Shown piece after piece: positions 43,184 through 51,779 of a DNA stretch of 64,000 nt. The DNA comes from an uncultured Anaerolineaceae bacterium (lineage in GTDB: Bacteria; Chloroflexota; Anaerolineae; Anaerolineales; Anaerolineaceae). Numbering within the stretch: the first letter of the stretch is position 1; each line of letters starts with the position of its first letter. Under the pieces are notes generated by a model, which worked only from the letters and a program-made list of their open reading frames with translations, did no database searches and had not been told where the DNA came from. A program made the position numbers and the translations under genes. The DNA lies in assembly GCA_964498605.1 (NCBI GenBank), contig CAZCHK010000003.1:13621-77620 (forward strand). The letters are read 5' to 3'.

Positions 43184-45721
43184 CTACTCGGTAACAGCAA
43201 ACTCATAGCTTGCGAACGTCGGGATGGCCACCAGTTTGGAGGCAACGCCAACGGAAAGCTTCGCAGCGCCAGCAGCCAGTGCGCCGGTTTGATCTGCGGG
43301 CAGGGTCAGTTTGTACAGACCATCTTCCACAGCTTCGGCAACACCTTCGCCAACGACATTACCGGAACCATCGAACAGAACGTAGGTCACGGCGTTGATG
43401 TCAGCCAGAGGATACGGCATGCCTTCGAAGGTGATCAACACATCGAATTCGGCAGCGTCACCCTTCTTGATGGAGATGGGGCCTTCAACAGTGGCTTCAG
43501 CAATCTGTGCTTTGCCAAATCCAGCCCATTTGTCAGACTTGTCCGGGAAGTAAGGATTCCACTTGAGGACAAGTGTCTGCTCCACTGTGGCAACCTGGTC
43601 CAGGAACAATGGGCCGAGGGCTACCAGGAAGTGACCTTTTTCAGCGTACCAGTTCTGCAGGTTGGTGTAGCGCAGCGTGGCTTCCTCTGCGGTCACGAAC
43701 TGAGACATGGTGGGTGCGTAAGGAATGTAATTCTCAGCCTGTGCCTGATCCAGGTAGGTCTTGAGAATTTCGAGGGAAGGACCAGCGATCAGGTTCGTCC
43801 ACTCGGATTCCGCCAATGTGGCTTTGTCGCTCGAGAATGCCAGCTCGCCATTTTCCTCGCCCAGCACCATCAGGGCAAATGTGTCCCATCCAGCCTGACC
43901 GTATGACCAGGTCGGATACCATGTGGAGACCATGTTCTCGGTGTTCATGTAGAAGCGGTCTTCGTAGGTGGTGATGACGAGGGGATCGATAGATTCGATC
44001 TTGACGCCCTTGAAGTGACCAAGGAATGATGCGATGGCTTCTTCCTGGGCAGGATCGAAGATCTTGCTGTCTGCTTTACCAAGGTCGAAGGTCAGGATCA
44101 TGCTCATGACGAAGTCGCCGATGGTCAGCGGGCTGCCGTTGTGCCAGAACATCTTGGTCCACAGGTCGGCGGGATAGTACACGGTGCATTTGGTGACTGC
44201 GGTCTTGCCTTCGCCGGCAGGAATGAAGACCTGGTTCACGGCGTCCCAATCGCCCCATGCCTCGGGATCCACAGCGATGCTGTCGACGAATTTCAGGTCG
44301 ACCCAGTCAAGCTGTTTGGCGGTGGGGGTTCCGGTGACTGCTTCGCATTCGGCGCGTTCAATGCGCTGTGCTTCGGCAAGGCCGGTGTAGGGGTTGGTGA
44401 TGGTAGCGAAGTCATCCAAACCGCGGTTGACCATGCTGTCGTCCACCCAGTTGGAGCCTGCGATGGGGTTGAAGGGCTGCACCATGATGCCGGATTGGGC
44501 AACGCGCAGCGTGCCGCCTTCCTGGCCGCCGATTTTGGCTGTGAGAGCCCATAACGGTGAGGTGGCGATACCGCCAGCCAGGTCGGAAGCGACTTCAAGG
44601 TCGGCACGGAAGGGTTCGTATGAGGTGTTCTCATTGACCCAGATGCCAGGCCATGCTTCTTCCAGATCGAGCGGGATGATTTCTTCGAAGATGGCATCGC
44701 GTTCTTCCATACTGGCGAAGTCATTCACCCACAGTTTCTCGGATAATTCGTACAGGCGTTCTGATGGTTCATAGAGCTGCATTGGGCCGTAGGGCTGGCC
44801 GAGAGGAGTGCTGAACCAACCGAAGTTGGAACCCTCGTCCAGGCTGATGGCCGTGCTGATCCATCCACCGGTGTAGACATGCCACGTGCAGGGCAGGGGA
44901 TCGCCGGTCCAGATGGGGCCAGCGTCCGCGCGCGGTTTCTCATCGCGTGTCACTGTGAAGCCAAGGGCTTCCAGCTGATTGGCGAAGTAGTTACCGATCT
45001 GGCGGCGGTTGTCTTCCGTCCTGATCAGGACGACAACTACGACAGGTTTCCCGCCGAAGCTCCACTTGCCATCGACCAGTTCAGCGCCCATGGCGGGCAT
45101 TTCCACATCTACGACCGCTTTGGCTTTTTCGAGGTCATACGCGTATTTCGCGACCATCGCGCCGATCGTGCCGGCGTAGCGGGCGTAGTCAGTGGATGCA
45201 ATGCTGATCATGGTCAGTTTGGCGTAGCCAAGACCACCGAGGATCTCTTCCACAACATAATCGCGGTCGATCGCCCAGTTCATGGCTTCGCGGATCTTCA
45301 TGTTGCTGAAGGGATTCAACAGGGTGGTATCGGTGCAGACAACTGTGTTGAACAGCAGCTGGTTGTATCCGCCGACCTGCATGGTGTATTTCAGGTTGGC
45401 ATCGGTTTTGATGGTCTCGAAGAGACCAACATCATCCATGGTCACGGGATACACATCAATGGCACCAGCCTGGATCTGCGCAACGGCAGTATCCTGGTCA
45501 GCAATCGCCGTGAAGACCACTTCGTCGACCCAGGGTCCGGTGCGAGTCACTTCTGGTTCCTCGACGACCTCTTCCTCAGTGGGTTCTTCAACAACGGTTT
45601 CGGGTTCTTCCACTTCAGGAGTGGTGGTTTCGGCCGGCTTGCAGGCACCGAGAACCAGACCCAAAACAAGCATCATGCTGATAACGAACAAAAACTTGTT
45701 TTTCATTTGTTTCTCCTCCAA
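43184..45721 (-). CDS. Family-5 ABC substrate-binding lipoprotein, unusually large (845 aa)
   Basis: Lipobox LVLGAC, acidic E/P/T/V linker, SBP_bac_5-like core, and an extra ~100-aa beta-rich C-terminal module. SD GGAGGAG. Confidence 0.8.
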   Translation of the reverse strand: MEEKQMKNKFLFVISMMLVLGLVLGACKPAETTTPEVEEPETVVEEPTEEEVVEEPEVTRTGPWVDEVVFTAIADQDTAVAQIQAGAIDVYPVTMDDVGLFETIKTDANLKYTMQVGGYNQLLFNTVVCTDTTLLNPFSNMKIREAMNWAIDRDYVVEEILGGLGYAKLTMISIASTDYARYAGTIGAMVAKYAYDLEKAKAVVDVEMPAMGAELVDGKWSFGGKPVVVVVLIRTEDNRRQIGNYFANQLEALGFTVTRDEKPRADAGPIWTGDPLPCTWHVYTGGWISTAISLDEGSNFGWFSTPLGQPYGPMQLYEPSERLYELSEKLWVNDFASMEERDAIFEEIIPLDLEEAWPGIWVNENTSYEPFRADLEVASDLAGGIATSPLWALTAKIGGQEGGTLRVAQSGIMVQPFNPIAGSNWVDDSMVNRGLDDFATITNPYTGLAEAQRIERAECEAVTGTPTAKQLDWVDLKFVDSIAVDPEAWGDWDAVNQVFIPAGEGKTAVTKCTVYYPADLWTKMFWHNGSPLTIGDFVMSMILTFDLGKADSKIFDPAQEEAIASFLGHFKGVKIESIDPLVITTYEDRFYMNTENMVSTWYPTWSYGQAGWDTFALMVLGEENGELAFSSDKATLAESEWTNLIAGPSLEILKTYLDQAQAENYIPYAPTMSQFVTAEEATLRYTNLQNWYAEKGHFLVALGPLFLDQVATVEQTLVLKWNPYFPDKSDKWAGFGKAQIAEATVEGPISIKKGDAAEFDVLITFEGMPYPLADINAVTYVLFDGSGNVVGEGVAEAVEDGLYKLTLPADQTGALAAGAAKLSVGVASKLVAIPTFASYEFAVTE

Positions 45722-45843
45722 AAATTTTTAATACACGTACAGTCTTACGGGGAATGTTGCCATACTCGTTTCCTGAATAACCACCTCCTTTACAGTTCGA
45801 ATAGAATATTCTCCCGAAAAAATCCGGGGGGTATAGCATAGAA

Positions 45844-45872
45844 TTTATAGCACAATCAAACCGTATCGTCAA
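45844..45872 (-). promoter_or_regulatory. Promoter candidate TTGACG-17 nt-TATAAA (TGc extension)
   Basis: The minus strand reads TTGACG(45872-45867) atacggtttgattgTGc TATAAA(45849-45844), about 120 nt upstream of the binding-protein ATG in a 219-nt AT-rich gap. Confidence 0.4.
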
Positions 45873-45940
45873 CCTGTTTTAAGTAATCATAGGATCTGAA
45901 ATTAATAATTAGATTAAAAACAGGAGTGTTCTTATCCATA

Positions 45941-47893
45941 TTACTCACAAGCGTTGCCAATCTCGAACTCTTCAATATGAAACAGCTCGCTGCGTGCGGT
46001 CACATCCATCGACATGCCGCACAGGTCAACCCGGCTGAGGGCCAGGCGCGGGAAGTAGAACAGCGGAATGCTGGGCAGTTCGCTGGCCAGGATGCGTTGC
46101 ACTTCCCGTTGTTGTTCCAGGGCCTGCTGCGAATAGCGATCTCCGCTCATCGCCCGGCTGCAGGCTTCGTCCAGCGCGGTGTTTGTATAACCCATCGTGT
46201 TCAAACCGCCGTAGCGCTCTCCCAGCCAGCTGTTGCCTGCATTGGCAATCTCAGAGGACATATAAATGTAGCACGCCGCCACATTGCCTGAAGCCCAGGC
46301 GAATTGGGCCAGGTCGTACTGTCTGCCAAACACCACCCCGTCTGGTGCCGGCGCGTAGAACTGGCTGCGGGGCATGACATTCACATCCACAGCGATACCG
46401 CACTGCCCGAGGTACTCCGCCACGTCCCGGGCTACCTGCTGACGGATCTCCGCCGGCGAGGTCGACAGCGTCACGCTGAAAGGCGTGCCATCCGCGATGC
46501 CGGGGATGCCGGCAGCAATCCGCGGCGTGGCCGGATCACCATCGTCATCTGCCCAGCCGGCTGCCTGCAGCAGACGTGCGCCTTCCTCCGGGTCATAGGC
46601 GTATTCCGGCAAACCAGGTTCGTACATGGGGTGCTCGGGCGGAAGGTAGCTGGTTGGCACCTGGGTCAGGTTGCCGTAATGTTCCACCTGGATCTGGTAA
46701 CGGTTGATGCAGTAAGCGAACGCCCTGCGCACATTCACGTCACCGAAGAAATCCGGGCGGTCTCCCTCGGCAGCGCTGTATCCATCGTCGTAGCTGGCGG
46801 GGAAAATGTTGAAGTCGAGGTGCTCCCACTGCGGGCCCAGCCCATGATAGACAATGGCGCTGCCATCTATTTCCCGGTCGCGCATCAGCCCGTAGCCAGT
46901 TTCCCAGGCGACGGTCTGGTCGATGATATCGCACTGCCCCATGTCGAAAGAGATCAGCGCTGAATCGGCCTGCTCGCCGACAAACAGGTAGTGCAGGGTC
47001 TCGAATTTGGGCAGGCCTTCGTCCGCGCGGAAGTAGTAGGGATTTTTCACCAGGGTGATGCGCTCCCCGGCGATCCACTCCTGGATCATGTAGGCGCCCC
47101 AGCCCACGGGGTAGCGGTTGGTTTCATCCGCTTCCAGCAGCTCTTTTGCCGACATCCCTCGCAGGATGTGCTCAGGCAGCGGAAGCCAGAAATAATCGGC
47201 GATCTCAGCCGTGACCAGCCCCGGCAGGCTGATCCAGCGCACTGTCCTGTCGTCCAGGGCCTCGTACGCCTCGGTCTGGTCGATCGGGCGCTTCCAGGCA
47301 GGGGTATCCATGCTGGCAGCCACAAGATAGGAAAACACGGAATCCTGCGCCGTGAGTATCTCGCCGTCCGACCATGTCACCCCCGACAGCAGCGTGAAAG
47401 TCGCCACCAGGCGGTCCATGTTCATTTCAGAGTAACCATCATAGACAATCGCGCAATCCAGCGTGGTGCAGCCGCTCGGGTAGACCTCCACGCCTGCGTC
47501 CAGCTTCACAGGGTCGCCGTGGATGTTGATCACGATATCCCCCGCTTGAACCGGAACGCTCTGGTAGATCAGGTTGTCGTCGGCGGTGCTGGGGATGCGC
47601 TCCAAGATAACCGGGACCTGGGTGTAACGCTGCATGTCCACCGGGCCGTCGTAGATGGCTTCGAGCACGTTCCACATGGCCTGGCTGCTGCTTTCGTAGA
47701 AATACAACGATGAAGGTTCAACTCCAAGGCAGATGTTCAGTTCATGGGGAAGCTCGGTTGTGGCGGTCGGTTGCACGCTCGTCGCGGCCTGCGGCGTCGC
47801 AGAATCCGTGTCCATCGCGGCAGGCTTGCACGCGGAGAGGATCACCGCAAAGAGGATTGTTGATGAGGCGAAAACCAGGCTCAGTTTTTTCAT
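45941..47893 (-). CDS. Family-5 ABC substrate-binding lipoprotein
   Basis: Lipobox VILSAC (start set at MKKLSLVF) and an SBP_bac_5-like core. Confidence 0.8.
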   Translation of the reverse strand: MKKLSLVFASSTILFAVILSACKPAAMDTDSATPQAATSVQPTATTELPHELNICLGVEPSSLYFYESSSQAMWNVLEAIYDGPVDMQRYTQVPVILERIPSTADDNLIYQSVPVQAGDIVINIHGDPVKLDAGVEVYPSGCTTLDCAIVYDGYSEMNMDRLVATFTLLSGVTWSDGEILTAQDSVFSYLVAASMDTPAWKRPIDQTEAYEALDDRTVRWISLPGLVTAEIADYFWLPLPEHILRGMSAKELLEADETNRYPVGWGAYMIQEWIAGERITLVKNPYYFRADEGLPKFETLHYLFVGEQADSALISFDMGQCDIIDQTVAWETGYGLMRDREIDGSAIVYHGLGPQWEHLDFNIFPASYDDGYSAAEGDRPDFFGDVNVRRAFAYCINRYQIQVEHYGNLTQVPTSYLPPEHPMYEPGLPEYAYDPEEGARLLQAAGWADDDGDPATPRIAAGIPGIADGTPFSVTLSTSPAEIRQQVARDVAEYLGQCGIAVDVNVMPRSQFYAPAPDGVVFGRQYDLAQFAWASGNVAACYIYMSSEIANAGNSWLGERYGGLNTMGYTNTALDEACSRAMSGDRYSQQALEQQREVQRILASELPSIPLFYFPRLALSRVDLCGMSMDVTARSELFHIEEFEIGNACE

Positions 47894-47922
47894 GTTGATC
47901 TTTCTACCCATTATACAATTTT

Positions 47923-48822
47923 TCATTCTCCACCCAGGCGCATGCGCAGGTAGGATTCATAACGCTGCGCGGAGATGCGCCCCGATTCAACTGCAGCCAT
48001 GACCGCGCAGCCCGGTTCGTGGTCATGGCTGCAGTTGCTGAACTGGCAGTCCTGGACGATACCCCGTATTTCCGGAAAGTAGCCATCCAGTTCTTCGGGC
48101 TGGATGTCCCAGAACGATAACGTGCGCAGTCCCGGCAGATCCACCACGTAGCCGCCGTCGGCCAGGGGGAACATTTCGCGCACGTTGGTGGTGTGTTTTC
48201 CCTTGCTGGTGGATGATTTGACCTCGCTGACCATCAGCCCCAATCCCGGCTGGATGGCGTTCATCAGGCTTGATTTGCCTACCCCTGACGGGCCCGCGAG
48301 CGCGGAGATCTTTCCACTTAACGCCTGGTTCAGTTCGCGCAGGCCTTTGCCCGTCTTCGCCGATGCGTAGATGACGGGATAACCCAGTGTGTTGTAGATT
48401 CCAAAGATCTTCCTGGCTTTGCGTTCGTTGGCCAGGTCCAGCTTGTTTGCCACGATCATGGCGGGAAGGCGCTGCTTTTCACAAATGATCAGGAACCTGT
48501 CGAGCATGCGCAAATGCGGTTCAGGCTGAGCGCAGGCAAACACCAGGACAACCTGGTCGGGGTTTGCCAGCAGCACCTGCATGTAATCCTCGCCCGGGCG
48601 GGGATCCCTGCGCACCAGCGCCGTGACGCGCGGTCGGATGGCCTCGATCACACCACTGCCATCCGGCAGGAGGGTGAAATCGACCCGGTCGCCCACGGCG
48701 ATGAAATCCGTGTGCCGGTGCAGTCTCTTCAATTTCCCGCGTATGCCGCAGACGATCGTCTGCGGTGCGGCATGGACGGAATAGAATCCCGATTGCAGCC
48801 GTGTAACCCAGCCTGATGGCAT
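47923..48822 (-). CDS. rsgA: Ribosome small-subunit-dependent GTPase A
   Basis: Circularly permuted GTPase with NKLDL, GPSGVGKSSLMNAI and DLPG motifs, plus the zinc motif CQFSNCSHDHEPGCAV. Confidence 0.88.
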   Translation of the reverse strand: MPSGWVTRLQSGFYSVHAAPQTIVCGIRGKLKRLHRHTDFIAVGDRVDFTLLPDGSGVIEAIRPRVTALVRRDPRPGEDYMQVLLANPDQVVLVFACAQPEPHLRMLDRFLIICEKQRLPAMIVANKLDLANERKARKIFGIYNTLGYPVIYASAKTGKGLRELNQALSGKISALAGPSGVGKSSLMNAIQPGLGLMVSEVKSSTSKGKHTTNVREMFPLADGGYVVDLPGLRTLSFWDIQPEELDGYFPEIRGIVQDCQFSNCSHDHEPGCAVMAAVESGRISAQRYESYLRMRLGGE

Positions 48823-48842
48823 ACTAATCCTGGTTCATCCTT

Positions 48843-51044
48843 TCAGGGTGTGTCCGTTCCAAGGGGAGTGGGAGTGCGCGTGATGTACAGTGAACTTTCC
48901 CAGGGGTACTGGGTCAGCGACTGACCGAAATAGGATTCGATGATGCGCCGGAAGATCGGCGCGCCAATTTCCGACCCTTCGCCGCCATTCTCCACGATCA
49001 CCACCACGGCGATATCCGGCAGGCTGGGATTCTGAGCTTTGGAATAGCCGGCAAACCAGGCGTGCGAAGTCAATCCTCCGCCCACGCTGGCGGTGCCCGT
49101 CTTGCCCACCACAGGGATGGTCAGCCCGAAAAACTTTTGATAGGCGGTCCCGCGGCGGTTATTGATGACCAGAGACATGGCATCCTGGAGCGCCTCCAGC
49201 GTGTCCTGGCTGATGGGCAGCGTGTTGCGCTCTTCTAGGGCATACTGTAGACTGACATCGCCGTTGGGCTTGACGATCTTCTCAATCACCTGGGGCCGGT
49301 ACAGCGTTCCGCCGTTGGCGATCGCCGCGATGAAATCCGCCACCTGCAGCGGCGTGACGAGCATCTCGCCCTGCCCGATGCCCTGCTGCACAGCATCGCC
49401 GTCCGTGGCAGGGATGGGGATATTGCCGGTCACCTCAGCCACCTGCCCGATCCCGGTGGCGGAGCCCAGCCCAAAACCCAGCGCCATGTTGGCCAGGTAG
49501 GTGTTGCCCATCTGACGGAACAGGTCCAGGCCGATATGGTAGAAGTAAGGATTGCAGGAACGCATCAATCCCTCCGGCAGGGTCAGCACGCCGCTGGCTG
49601 CCACTTCTTTCTCCTTGGTCCAGTCATAAAAGATTGCCCCGGGCAGCTCCGTGAATTCGTACTGGCAGTCATAAGTGGTCTGCGTGGTATACAAACCGCT
49701 CTCCAGGGCCGCCGCCATGGTGACGACCTTGAAAACCGAGCCCAGCGGGTAGGCGCTTTGGGTCGCCCTGTTCAGCAGCCGGTTGCTGCCGTCGTTCAGC
49801 TGGTCTGCCAGCAACTCGGCGCTGTTGCGGTTATCGGTTGTAAAGAGGTTCGGATCAAGGCTGGGAGACGAAGCCATCGCCAGTACGCGCCCGGTGCTGA
49901 CCTCCATGACGACTGCCGCCCCGGTGAAACCAAGAATGGCGCGCTGCGCGGCAATCTGCAGGTCGCGGTCCAGGGTGGTGTAGATGTTCTGCGAAGGTGA
50001 AGCGTCCTTCTGGGCGATGCGGGTCAGGATCGTGCCGTCCGGTCCGACCACGTACAGGGACGCGCTCGGGCTTCCCGCCAGGTAATCCTCCCCCCAGCGC
50101 TCCAGGCCAGCCGCGCCGACCTTCTCATCGCCGGCATACCCCTTGCGCCGGTACTCGTCCATCTGCTCAGGAAAGATGGACAGAATGTAACCGACCACCT
50201 GCGGCGCCACGCCGTTCAATTCATAAAACCGCCCGCTGTACTGGGTCATTTGCAGCCCGTCCAGCCCGGAGAGCGTTTCGTATCTCTCCTGCACATCGAT
50301 GGAGGACGCTTCGCCGATCGCCACGTACCAGTTGGGATTGGCCGCCTCGATGACAGCGCGAATGTTCGGTTGGGTCAGGCCGGTCAACCGGGAGAGCTGG
50401 TAAACCAGTTCGCCTTCCTCGTCCGGATTGATTTCCACGGGAACCACCCCCAGCGCGACCGCGTTCGTGCTGGTGGCGATCATCTGCCCGTTGCGGTCAT
50501 AGATGTTTGCGCGTGAAGGCCAGGTCACGTTCAGCGCCAGCCTGTTCCCGCCGCGCAGTTCCGGCAGGATCAGCCCCTCTTCCCACTCGATCTTCCAGCT
50601 TCCGCTCTCCATGATCAGCTGCATTTCCAGGTCGCGCTCGATATCCCCCATGAGATTGGTATGATACACGACATGGTAGGCGACTTTAGCAGAAGTTGTA
50701 TATTTTAATGTAGAGAGAACGCTCACTTCAATGTCATTCAGGGTCATGTTGTACGAAGCGGTCTCGTACATGCTTTTAAACTCCTCCTCGGTGTACGCGT
50801 CGCGGCTGGTTCCGCTGATCAGCGCGTACATGCCCGCGTAATCGCCCTGCTGCCATTTTTCTAGAAAACCTGTGGCGGTATCCACGGCGTCCGGGGCTGG
50901 CGTGACATTCACCACGGGAGAAGGCAGCGTGCCGTCCGCCGGCGGGGTGACCCCAACCACGGGCGTGCCATCCGGACCTGAAGACGGCGTGCAGGCGGTA
51001 AAAATCAAAACAAATGACAGACTGATGATGAGTATTTTTTTCAT
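48843..51044 (-). CDS. Class B penicillin-binding protein with NTF2-like (MecA_N-type) N-terminal domain
   Basis: Lipobox IFTAC. NTF2-like FLEKWQQGDYAGMY. Transpeptidase motifs SVFK, SCN (MRSCNPYF) and KTGT. Confidence 0.88.
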   Translation of the reverse strand: MKKILIISLSFVLIFTACTPSSGPDGTPVVGVTPPADGTLPSPVVNVTPAPDAVDTATGFLEKWQQGDYAGMYALISGTSRDAYTEEEFKSMYETASYNMTLNDIEVSVLSTLKYTTSAKVAYHVVYHTNLMGDIERDLEMQLIMESGSWKIEWEEGLILPELRGGNRLALNVTWPSRANIYDRNGQMIATSTNAVALGVVPVEINPDEEGELVYQLSRLTGLTQPNIRAVIEAANPNWYVAIGEASSIDVQERYETLSGLDGLQMTQYSGRFYELNGVAPQVVGYILSIFPEQMDEYRRKGYAGDEKVGAAGLERWGEDYLAGSPSASLYVVGPDGTILTRIAQKDASPSQNIYTTLDRDLQIAAQRAILGFTGAAVVMEVSTGRVLAMASSPSLDPNLFTTDNRNSAELLADQLNDGSNRLLNRATQSAYPLGSVFKVVTMAAALESGLYTTQTTYDCQYEFTELPGAIFYDWTKEKEVAASGVLTLPEGLMRSCNPYFYHIGLDLFRQMGNTYLANMALGFGLGSATGIGQVAEVTGNIPIPATDGDAVQQGIGQGEMLVTPLQVADFIAAIANGGTLYRPQVIEKIVKPNGDVSLQYALEERNTLPISQDTLEALQDAMSLVINNRRGTAYQKFFGLTIPVVGKTGTASVGGGLTSHAWFAGYSKAQNPSLPDIAVVVIVENGGEGSEIGAPIFRRIIESYFGQSLTQYPWESSLYITRTPTPLGTDTP

Positions 51045-51067
51045 TCGTCCTCCCGGTCGCCCAGGTC

Positions 51068-51712
51068 CTATCCTATGTCCTCTCCGCTCAGAACGCGTGA
51101 GGTGATCGAGCAGTCATAATGCAGATGGCGCTGGCAGATTGATCGAACATCGGCCTTAATGTCTACCTCAAATTCCCGCAGTCCGCGCTTCAAGTGGCAC
51201 ATGGGGAGCCCCATCACGTTGGCCATGCATCCGTGAAAATCCTCCGCTGGGTGAAATCCGCTGTGCTGGATGGCGTAGGCGCCAGCTTTATCCAGCGGGT
51301 CGCCGCTGTTGACATATTCGTCCAGTTCTTCATCCGAAAAATCACGCATGACCACTTCGGATGTGCACAACTGTCCCGTGCTGCGACCCTGCCTTGAATG
51401 CAGCCACAACGAGGTAAGCACCTGGTGGGATTTCCCTCGCAGTAGTGCCAGCATCCTGCGCGCATCATCCCTGTTGAGCGGTTTACCCAGGATCATGTCC
51501 TGAAAGACGACGATGGTGTCAGCTCCCAGGCGGAGATGCTCGCTATCCGGGTCAGTGGCTGCTTTGGCGCGCGAAACACGATCGACGTAGTCCAGGGGAG
51601 CCTCTCCATCGCGCGGCGTTTCGTCAATTTGCGCTGGTTCCGCGATGTAGCGCACTCCCAGCCAGTTCAGCATTTCTCTGCGGCGGGGCGAGTTGCTTGC
51701 CAGAATGAGCAT
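51068..51712 (-). CDS. maf: Maf-family nucleoside-triphosphate pyrophosphatase with ~35-aa Cys/His-containing C-terminal extension
   Basis: MLILASNSPRRREML, GADTIVV and DKAGAYAIQ motifs. Start set at M7, preceded by TGtTACAAT-8 nt. Confidence 0.85.
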   Translation of the reverse strand: MLILASNSPRRREMLNWLGVRYIAEPAQIDETPRDGEAPLDYVDRVSRAKAATDPDSEHLRLGADTIVVFQDMILGKPLNRDDARRMLALLRGKSHQVLTSLWLHSRQGRSTGQLCTSEVVMRDFSDEELDEYVNSGDPLDKAGAYAIQHSGFHPAEDFHGCMANVMGLPMCHLKRGLREFEVDIKADVRSICQRHLHYDCSITSRVLSGEDIG

Positions 51713-51720
51713 AATCCAAA

Positions 51721-51726
51721 ATTGTA
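51721..51726 (-). promoter_or_regulatory. -10 hexamer TACAAT (TGt-extended) 8 nt before the maf ATG
   Basis: The minus strand reads atgTTACAATtttggattATG(51712). Confidence 0.35.
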
Positions 51727-51767
51727 ACATACACTGCTGGGGGTGGAGCGAGTGCGAATATTTCGTT

Positions 51768-51773
51768 TACAAT
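51768..51773 (+). promoter_or_regulatory. -10 hexamer TACAAT exactly 6 nt before the ATG (leaderless-type)
   Basis: Reads tacaat-aggaac-ATG(51780). Confidence 0.4.
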
Positions 51774-51779
51774 AGGAAC

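Noticed and set aside
45781-45791. Strong SD-like AAAGGAGGTGG on the minus strand inside the binding-protein leader, with a possible 11-codon leader peptide (ATG GCA ACA TTC CCC GTA AGA CTG TAC GTG TAT TAA).
   Set aside because: The nearest ATG is about 20 nt from the GGAGG, too far for normal SD spacing. No attenuator hairpin is evident. I kept it only as a remark under the binding-protein finding.
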